Source: Promethearchaeota archaeon | GTDB lineage: Archaea > Asgardarchaeota > Lokiarchaeia > Sigyniarchaeales > SOKP01 | Direction: 5' to 3' | Length of the DNA stretch: 64,000 bases | NCBI GenBank assembly: GCA_019058365.1 | Contig: JAHPZE010000009.1 | Location: 67,034-131,033, forward strand | Made by a program: the position numbers and the translations under genes | Notes under the pieces: generated by a model | The model's input: only the letters and a program-made list of their open reading frames with translations | Told to the model about the DNA's origin: nothing | Database searches by the model: none | Part shown: in pieces, positions 40,318-48,566 of the stretch | How the letters are laid out: the number at the start of each line of letters is the position of its first letter | Numbering within the stretch: the stretch's first letter is position 1

Positions 40318-42294
40318 CTATTCCTCTATTGGTAATAATACATCCATTAATGCCATATATTGTTCGTCTCTAAAGTATGCTAACTCAATTGCATGTGAAG
40401 GACACAACGAGGCACAGGTCCCGCAACCTCGACAATTAATTAAATTCACCACGAGATTTCCTTTTTCATTTACAGATATAGCGCTATATGGACAAGCTTC
40501 TATACATTTATAGCATTTAGCGCAACGTTCATCTGATGGCGTCGCTCTGATTAATTCCATAGTATATTCTCCCTTACTCATAGGAATTCCCGCTACTGAT
40601 GCAGCTCCTCGAGCTTGACTCACTGCTTTATCAATCTCTTTCTGTCCTTGAGCTGAACCGCAGATATATATACCAGGTACTTTAGTGCTAATTGGATCAA
40701 GCCGAGCATGATATTCCTTTAAGAAACCATCAGGACTTTTCTCCATGTTTAGTACTTTAGCAATTTCTATCGTACCTTGGGATGGAAGTGAAGCAGATGA
40801 TAATATAACCATATGAGCTTCCATTTTAACAACAGAATCAGTTCCAACTGGTTCAAATTGTACTAAAAGATTCTTCGTTAAAGGATCTTCTTCAATTTTT
40901 CCAACCATTCCTTTTACAAAGATAGTTCCAGCATCACGGGATCTTCTATAATATTCTTCATAATCCTTCCCGGCACATCTCATATCTATATAGCAACAGA
41001 TAATTTGTGAATCAGGATATTCTGATTTGATTAATTTAGAGTTTTTAAGCGAAAGGTTGCAGCATATAACACTGCAATGAGCATTTTTATTTACATCTCT
41101 TGATCCTACACAATTTATAAATATAATTTTAGTAGGACGCTTTCCATCAGAAGGACGCTTTAAATGTCCATATGTTGGACCATTTGGAGCGAGGATCCTT
41201 TCTAATTCTATCTGATTGATTACATTATCATAAGTACCATATCCATAATCATTACCTTGATAGAGATCCCAACCGGTAGCTACGATTATTGTACCAACTT
41301 TAAGTTCAACAATTTTATCCTTTTGACTAAAATCTATCGCTTCTTGTTCACATGCATCGACACATGCGAAGCATTCAATGCATACATTTCTCTCAAGTTG
41401 TGACACTGCAGGTACTGCTTGAGCAAAAGCAATATCAATGACTTTTCTTGCTGATAAGTGCTCATCAAAATAGTTACTCGTGTAAACTGGGCATACGTCT
41501 CGACAGGTTCCACATCCTGTACATTTCGTTTCATCAACAAATCGTGCTTTTCTTCTCACTTTGACATTGAAATTGCCAATATATCCATCTATCACATCAA
41601 CTTCACTATATGATAAGATTTCTATATTTGGATGGCGATTAGCTTCTAGCATTTTCGGTCCCAAGATTCATATAGAACAATCATCTGTAGGGAAGGTTCT
41701 ATCGAGTTGGGACATACGTCCGCCAATTGTTGTATTTTTTTCAACTAAATATACCTTATATCCAGCATCACCTAAATCGATAGCGGCAGATAAACCTGCA
41801 ATTCCACCACCTACTACTAAAGCTGCGGGTTCTACTGGTACGGTTTTAGTAGGCACATCTTCCAATAATTTCGCTCGAGCAATACCAGCTTTGATTAATT
41901 CAATAGCTTTTAAAGTAGCTTTTTCACGTACTTCTGGAGCTTGGTGTACAAAGGAACAATGCTCTCGAATGTTAACGAATTCTAAGTATCTTGGAGGTAA
42001 ACCCATCTCTTTTAATATTGCGTGAAAAACGGGTTGATGAGTTTTTGGAGTACAAGCAGCAACTAAAACCCTATCAAATTTAAATTCTGCATGTCTTTCC
42101 TTGATTTCAGTAGATCCACCTTCCGTACATAAAGAGAGATATGGATAAGCCCAAACATTATCTAATTTATTTATTTCCTCGACAATCTTTGGAATGTCTA
42201 AGATTCCTGCGATATTGACACCTCAATGGCATACGAACACACCTATTCTTATTTGATCTTCGTCATTATTTTCATTGGTCTGTTTATCAGACAA
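40318..42294 (-). CDS. hdrA: Heterodisulfide reductase subunit A, selenoprotein with Sec24 and Sec209
   Basis: TTG start after AGGTGA. One continuous frame joins both track ORFs: RIGVFVCH-U-GVNIAG (TGA 42223-42225) and TFPTDDCSI-U-ILGPKM (TGA 41668-41670). 658 aa with GGGIAG FAD motif and several CxxCxxCxxxC; stop TAG. Confidence 0.93.
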
Positions 42295-42300
42295 ATTCTT

Positions 42301-42401
42301 CACCTTTAGTTAGAATAACCTCCTAACTTTTAAAGATCGACTATTTCATAGATTAGTTTTTCATACTAATCCCAGAAATACTAATGATAAAGTAAATAGT
42401 C
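42301..42401 (-). promoter_or_regulatory. Candidate structured 5' leader of hdrA
   Basis: Inverted repeats GACTATTT/AAATAGTC, GATTAGT/ACTAATC and AGTTAGGA/TTCTAACT, plus ATCTTT/AAAGGT overlapping the RBS. Confidence 0.45.
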
Positions 42402-42716
42402 TATATTATTAAAATTAAATTATTATGAAAATTCAATTCTCTCTTACTCAAATTTAGTATTTGGAAATAGGATTTTTTATTAATGTGACTTAATTATTTT
42501 TGACTTGCTCGAGATCATAAAAAAGAATTAAAAAAATTATCATTTTCAAACATTTAACAATAAATTTTTATTATTTACGATCAAATTTCATAAAGAATTT
42601 TAAATTTATATATAATTTAATTTTCCTGAAGTTATTTTATAAACAATTACCCCCATGAAATCAAATAATAAAATAAAAAAAAATAGCTTAAGTTATCAAT
42701 ATTCGATTAATTAAAA

Positions 42717-44297
42717 TTAGCTCAAGAGTGCCATTATATTTCCTAATTCTTTCATTTTTTTCGCTCCTTTCACCTTTAGCTTCCCAGAAAGCATTTTCCC
42801 TATCATTGCAACTTTAGATAACTTTCCACTACTAAAATCGAAAAATAAGCCCGCGGGACATGCGAGTAAACCATCTACTTTTAGATTTTTTAATGTTTCT
42901 TCATCATTCCTCACATGATCTACTTCTAATCTTCCATTTTCTACCGTAATCAACGCACCATATCGTTGGTCAGTGAGATTATATAAAAAACTCATCTTTG
43001 CTTCAGCATATTGTTCCTTAAATTTAGGTTTATCATTAATTTTTCCCATTTGTCCCCATAATAAACCTGCTAAGCCTCTTCTCTCTTTCTCTTTTGGAGG
43101 TTTTTTCTTCGCCTCTTCAGTATTTCGCCATACATCAAAAGACTCTCTCTTTGGCAGTACAAAATTTATGTCCTCTAAGTTATCTGCGATTGGTAATTTT
43201 CCATATGTATGAGTAGCAGCTACAGCTGCATGAATATGATCTGAAGGAGTATCATAGGGTACATTCATAAGGAAAATACTTAAATTATGATCACGAGCAA
43301 AGGCATCAATATATCTCTTAACCGTATCTACAATTTTATCAATTGGACCATCACGTAGCAATCGGGCATTTATACCTGCAGTTACTGTTACAGGTGTCCC
43401 TTTCTTACGAAACTTTTCTGTGTAATCACGAACAGCTTCAAGGGGATATTCGTGCCAACGTCCCATACCTAAAAATATGGCAGGAGTTCCTCCCATGCTA
43501 GCAATTTCTACATCAAAACTATCATGAAGGATTTTAGGATCAAATTTTTCTATCCTTTCTTCACAATAATCTCCACTTACATTCATTGTGGTGACCCCGA
43601 TTTTTTTTACATTCTTCTCAAGTCTTTGATTATAGGGGACTACCCATTCTTTCATCTCATCAGGAGATAAATTTGGCACACAAGCCCAAGCATCAGCTCC
43701 TATTCCCATTAGAGCATCCATAGCTTCATTTTGAGCCTTAACCGAAGGAGTTAATACATCATCAACGATAAATTTAAATACTTCATGAGCGAAATCTGGT
43801 TGTTTTCTCATCGCTTTAATAAGTGCTGGAAAACCCATCAATCCTACTGCTAAACTAAAGGGTGAGCAAAAAGAAACCATTGACATATCAGATTGTACTA
43901 ATCCACCCGATTTCAATAACGACGGATATCGACCAGCTGTATGGAAATCAACTTTTTTCATTTTTAATTTTTTAAGATCTTCAGGGCTCTTAATTAATGG
44001 ATCACGAAAATCAATAGTAGGCATCGAATTTTCACCATAAATTAACTTTCCACCTAATGCTTCTACTTCAAGATCATATATATCAAATCCTCCTGCAGGA
44101 CTATCCAAATTATAATAACGCCCAATTATTTCACCCATTTCGTAATTAAAGACAAAATCGCTATAAAACCTTTTAGCGGGTGATTTAGTAAGATACATCA
44201 CATGGTCATGGCATTGAGCTCCGATAGTGAGTGTGCCTTTATCTCCTCTTGAAATGAGACTTCCCAAATCTTTTTTCACTTCACCTGTTTGAGACAA
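42717..44297 (-). CDS. MtaA/CmuA (uroporphyrinogen decarboxylase superfamily) methyltransferase fused to a C-terminal SCP2 domain
   Basis: DLEVEALGG, GRYP, CSPFSLA, LLRDGP and VPYDTP..IHAAV; tail GALITVENGRLEV..DFSSGKLS..MLSGKLKVKG is SCP2-like. Confidence 0.8.
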   Translation of the reverse strand: MSQTGEVKKDLGSLISRGDKGTLTIGAQCHDHVMYLTKSPAKRFYSDFVFNYEMGEIIGRYYNLDSPAGGFDIYDLEVEALGGKLIYGENSMPTIDFRDPLIKSPEDLKKLKMKKVDFHTAGRYPSLLKSGGLVQSDMSMVSFCSPFSLAVGLMGFPALIKAMRKQPDFAHEVFKFIVDDVLTPSVKAQNEAMDALMGIGADAWACVPNLSPDEMKEWVVPYNQRLEKNVKKIGVTTMNVSGDYCEERIEKFDPKILHDSFDVEIASMGGTPAIFLGMGRWHEYPLEAVRDYTEKFRKKGTPVTVTAGINARLLRDGPIDKIVDTVKRYIDAFARDHNLSIFLMNVPYDTPSDHIHAAVAATHTYGKLPIADNLEDINFVLPKRESFDVWRNTEEAKKKPPKEKERRGLAGLLWGQMGKINDKPKFKEQYAEAKMSFLYNLTDQRYGALITVENGRLEVDHVRNDEETLKNLKVDGLLACPAGLFFDFSSGKLSKVAMIGKMLSGKLKVKGAKKMKELGNIMALLS

Positions 44298-44301
44298 TTC
44301 A

Positions 44302-44946
44302 TTACACCCCCATCAATTTTTTTGCTTTTTCCACAGAGTCAAATGCATCTTTTCCCCAAGCATCTGCGCCAATTTCATCAGCATATTCTTGAGTACAGGG
44401 AACTCCACCTATCATTACTTTAAGCTTATTCCTTAAACCTTCATTTTTAAGTCTATTAATTACTTCTTTCATTTCTAACATAGTGGTTGACATATAACAT
44501 CCTAGACCTAAAATATTAGGGTTTAATTCCTTTACTTTTTGTATAAAGATATCTTGTGAAACATCTTCCCCTAGATCAATAACATTAAATCCTCCTCCTC
44601 GTAAAGTCGCATTGACCATAATCTTACCTAGATTATGCATATCCCCCGCAACAGTACCTATTAAAACCTTACCAGAAGTTCCTATCTCTCCAGCAGATAA
44701 TTTTGGTTCTATAACTTCCATAGCTAATCTGAAAGCTTCAGCACATAATATTATATCTGTGTGAAAATAAATATTTTGTTTCCATAATTCTCCAGCTTCT
44801 TGTACTCCTGGCACTATTCCTTCATTTACTATTTTAATTGGCTCTATTTTTTCCTTTAATGCTTTCTTAGCAAGTTCTTGAGCAAGTTCATCATCACCTT
44901 CAAGAACTGCTTTCTTTAATTTATCTAATATACTTGAAATACTCAT
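44302..44946 (-). CDS. Corrinoid (B12-binding) methyltransferase protein, MtbC/MtaC-like
   Basis: Four-helix cap plus GTVAGDMHNLGK (DxHxxG), MIGG and IGADAW. Confidence 0.92.
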   Translation of the reverse strand: MSISSILDKLKKAVLEGDDELAQELAKKALKEKIEPIKIVNEGIVPGVQEAGELWKQNIYFHTDIILCAEAFRLAMEVIEPKLSAGEIGTSGKVLIGTVAGDMHNLGKIMVNATLRGGGFNVIDLGEDVSQDIFIQKVKELNPNILGLGCYMSTTMLEMKEVINRLKNEGLRNKLKVMIGGVPCTQEYADEIGADAWGKDAFDSVEKAKKLMGV

Positions 44947-45164
44947 TACACCATCACACCTAATTTCAAATTATGAAGATATAACATCTTGAATAAAAAT
45001 TGAATATCTTCAATTTAAATTTCAACTTTTGTATTTAAATAGTTTTAATTTTTATCAAAAGAAATTAATAATATTCAATTAAACTCAGCATTGTAGAACA
45101 TGCTTATATTGTATAAAGTGGTTATTATTAGGAGAAGGGTAATTTTTCAGGTTTACTTTCTTAT

Positions 45165-45641
45165 TTATAATAATAGGATCATTTCTTTATCACCATCATT
45201 TTCTTTAAAACCATATTTCTCATACAATCGTCTTCCATATGGAGTTGCATGTAAAACTACTGATTCTATACTATGTTTCTTTATTTCATCTAATAATTTC
45301 TCAAGTAATTCTGAGCCAATACCTTTTCTACGCCATTCAGGTTTAGTATACATATTCATAATATAGGCAAATTTTCCCGTTATATTGATAAAATGGGGAG
45401 GTTTCTGTAGAAAAGATAATCCACTTGTAGCGATGATTTCATTATCTGATTCTGCTAACCACGCAATAAACTCATTGGATTTCATTTTGTCAATGAAAAA
45501 TTCTTTTAAATATTTCTGAAATATCTCAATTTCCTTATCAGGTGGAAAATCTTGAATTTCTTTTAAAAATTCAATTCGAAATTCTATCAGTTTGTCTATA
45601 TCATCTAGAATCGCTTTTCTAAGTAAGTACATAACTATCAT
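45165..45641 (-). CDS. GNAT family acetyltransferase
   Basis: NMYTKPEWRRKGIG and LYEKYGF motifs. Confidence 0.9.
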   Translation of the reverse strand: MIVMYLLRKAILDDIDKLIEFRIEFLKEIQDFPPDKEIEIFQKYLKEFFIDKMKSNEFIAWLAESDNEIIATSGLSFLQKPPHFINITGKFAYIMNMYTKPEWRRKGIGSELLEKLLDEIKKHSIESVVLHATPYGRRLYEKYGFKENDGDKEMILLL

Positions 45642-45790
45642 CTAAGATTAAAAATATTTAATCCTTCACATTAGTAATAATAATATCCCTAATATTTTAT
45701 CTAATCAAGAAATTACTACGTATCACTAAAACAGACTATTTATATAAACAATGAAATTAAGAAAAAAATAGAAATAATAAAAATTTTGAT

Positions 45791-46348
45791 TTAAGCTTCA
45801 GTTTCTTTCAATATATCCCCAAATAGTCTCTTTACAGCATCAATCCGTTTTTCTTCACCAATTTGTTCCACATCTTTTAATGAGATGGCTTCTTTTGGAC
45901 AGACGTCAATACAAGCAGGATATCTTTCTCCTCTCTCAGGATCGATATAATCATCTTTCATAGTTTCACATAGATCACAAATCAGAGCCTTCTGAGATTG
46001 AATATGTAGACTAAGTACACCGAAATCGCACGCTCTGATACAGAACGCACATCCATTACATTTATCGTCATCAACTATAATTGATCCTGTCTGTTTATCT
46101 TGCTCTAAAGCTTTTTCTGGACAACTTCGAACACATGGTGCATCATCACATTTTTGACAGGCTAACGCGACATTTAAAATAGGTTCAATCCGTACTCTAT
46201 GAATTCTAGTGTTAATCGGGTTAAATTCACCATCATGTACAAAAGAACATACAGATTCACAAGTTTCACAACCAGTACATAAGTTTGGATCGACAATAAT
46301 AAATTGGTGTACAACCCCCCCTCTCTTTTTTGTACCACTTTTTGACAT
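45791..46348 (-). CDS. 4Fe-4S ferredoxin subunit of aldehyde oxidoreductase (AorA/HydN-like)
   Basis: CTGCETCESVC, CQKCDDAPCVRSCP, CNGCAFCIRAC and CDLC..PACIDVCP; abuts the AOR gene. Confidence 0.88.
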   Translation of the reverse strand: MSKSGTKKRGGVVHQFIIVDPNLCTGCETCESVCSFVHDGEFNPINTRIHRVRIEPILNVALACQKCDDAPCVRSCPEKALEQDKQTGSIIVDDDKCNGCAFCIRACDFGVLSLHIQSQKALICDLCETMKDDYIDPERGERYPACIDVCPKEAISLKDVEQIGEEKRIDAVKRLFGDILKETEA

Positions 46349-48280
46349 CTATTTCTTACCTCCAGCAGGCTTTAGTTTGCCAATAACAAAATCTAATCCA
46401 AGAGATTTTAAAGTTTCATCAGTTGGAATTCCTGTTTTAGTATCCCAACCTCGAGCTTCATAATAGCCACTTAGTAATTGTTGATATCCGTCTTCCTTTA
46501 AAACAACTCCTTTAGCTGGTCCTCTTGTGTGTGATTCCTTAAAGAACCTCTCAGGAGGGTGATCATCATCTCTTGTCCATCCTTCTCGAATATTAAAGCA
46601 TTTTGAAAGATTAACAATAGCATCTCCCCTCTTTTGTATAAATTTATCAGTTACCGGAATTCCAGTCACTAATTCAAAAACTTTAGCCATTTCAGCGTCA
46701 TTTTCGTAAATTCCTCGAGTAAATTTACACACGATATATGAATCAATAATAGCATAGATGTCTTCTAATTCCTTAATTGATTTTCCTCTTTCAAGGGGTT
46801 TATCATAGGCAAATCTATCAAAATTTCCTTTTGCATCTAATCCATAGGACCCATTTCTTAAATGGCATGCCCCTCTAATTGAAACACTTTCTCCAACGGC
46901 AAATGAGGTCATTCCATGAAGATCAAATGCAGGCAGTTCCAACCCTTTAATATGCATACCGTAATAGCTAGCATTTTTTATTCCTTTTTCCTCTAATCTG
47001 ATGCCTGCCTGTTTGGTACCATCACCAAATATTTCCCCCGCAAAGCTCTTACCAAGTATCATTTCTTCTGTGAATTTTACAAGATTTACCGTTGATCCAA
47101 AGGGTAATTCATAGCCCAAATCCTTTTTAGTAATTAAACCGAGATCATATAATTCACAAGCCATTGCGGCAGTAACTCCTCCTGAAATTGCGTCAATCCC
47201 TAAATCATCACATAATTGAACACACTTAAATACCGTTGGCCAATCAGAATTTCCTGTAGCAGTACCGAACCCATAACAAAGCTCTACATCTATACTGGCA
47301 TATAAGTTAGGCCAATGAGGATGTGTTTTTGGAATTTTAGCAATATGATCACACGCAATTGAACATTGAGAACATGCAACCTTTTTGACTACCCAGTCAT
47401 TATTAAGTGTATCTCCCGTAAAAGTTCCATCATCAATTTTTTCCCATGTTCCCTCACGATGGTTAAAAATTGGAAACATTCCTAACTTATTATAACTTGT
47501 GATCCCTGAAGGCGTTCCTAAATCTCGATATTTAGCTGTAGCAGGACCATTAGCGACTTTTATTAATTTTCTAGCTAATTTATAAAATTCAACTGGATTT
47601 GCTACTTTCACGCCTTTAGTACCTCTAAAGCATACAGCTTTAAGGTTTTTAGACCCCATTACTGCGCCCATTCCAGTTCTTCCTGCTTGTCTATTACGAT
47701 CATTGGTTATACAACCCATTCGGCTCATTCGTTCTCCAGCTGGACCAATTGACATGACCGCCAATCTCTGATCTTGAAATTCTTCTCTTATGTGTTCTTC
47801 TGTATCCCAACAACCTTTTCCCGCTAGGTCTGGGCATGGTACAATATAATAATCATCATCATCCACAACCATATATGAAAGTTCTGATGCTTTCCCTTTG
47901 AATACAATCATATTGATACCAGCACGGCGAGCTTGAGCTCCAACAGATCCAGAGGATATTGCCATACCAAACATGCCGGTTAATGGAGATTTAGCAAATA
48001 CTCCATATTTAGAGCTTGTTGGTAATATAGTAGCTGGAAATGGGCCATGTGCGTATAAAAACACGTTCTCTGGGCTTAGGGGATCTACTCCTGCAGGACA
48101 TTCATCCCACAGGATTTTAGCAGCAAAACCATATCCACCAATCCAGTCGCGACAGAATTCATTAGATAATGTAGATTTGCTAATCTTTCCATCTGTTAGA
48201 TCTACATCAAGTCTAACTTGTGAATAACCCAATATTTTATCAGGAATAGATATTTCTTTAGTTTTACTCATGTTTTTCAC
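46349..48280 (-). CDS. aor: Tungsten-containing aldehyde:ferredoxin oxidoreductase family protein
   Basis: KSPLTG, IGPAGE, AGRTGMGAVMGSKNLKA, CSQCSIAC, DDLGIDAIS, RGACH and YYEARGW motifs. Confidence 0.92.
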   Translation of the reverse strand: MKNMSKTKEISIPDKILGYSQVRLDVDLTDGKISKSTLSNEFCRDWIGGYGFAAKILWDECPAGVDPLSPENVFLYAHGPFPATILPTSSKYGVFAKSPLTGMFGMAISSGSVGAQARRAGINMIVFKGKASELSYMVVDDDDYYIVPCPDLAGKGCWDTEEHIREEFQDQRLAVMSIGPAGERMSRMGCITNDRNRQAGRTGMGAVMGSKNLKAVCFRGTKGVKVANPVEFYKLARKLIKVANGPATAKYRDLGTPSGITSYNKLGMFPIFNHREGTWEKIDDGTFTGDTLNNDWVVKKVACSQCSIACDHIAKIPKTHPHWPNLYASIDVELCYGFGTATGNSDWPTVFKCVQLCDDLGIDAISGGVTAAMACELYDLGLITKKDLGYELPFGSTVNLVKFTEEMILGKSFAGEIFGDGTKQAGIRLEEKGIKNASYYGMHIKGLELPAFDLHGMTSFAVGESVSIRGACHLRNGSYGLDAKGNFDRFAYDKPLERGKSIKELEDIYAIIDSYIVCKFTRGIYENDAEMAKVFELVTGIPVTDKFIQKRGDAIVNLSKCFNIREGWTRDDDHPPERFFKESHTRGPAKGVVLKEDGYQQLLSGYYEARGWDTKTGIPTDETLKSLGLDFVIGKLKPAGGKK

Positions 48281-48566
48281 TATTGTTTATGAGTTATTTT
48301 TTGTAGAAATTAATTATAAAAAAATAAAGTATCAAAATTTTAAAGGTTATTTGTTAATCATAGAAATAGCTTTCCTTAAAATTATTTACCAGATTATTTA
48401 TCAAATAAAGCGAATATTATACAAAATGATTTTACAAATTTGTAAATGATAACTCTTTATATGTATATACATCAAGATCAGATGATGAAATTACTGTTAA
48501 AGAGATTTTAAAAGAAGTGATAAAAACAATCAGATTAGATATATATTAAAAGATAATGATATTGAA

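Noticed and set aside
40318-42006. hdrA as two genes or a pseudogene, as the ORF track implies
   Set aside because: All breaks are in-frame TGA at Cys positions and a SECIS is present, so Sec recoding explains them better.
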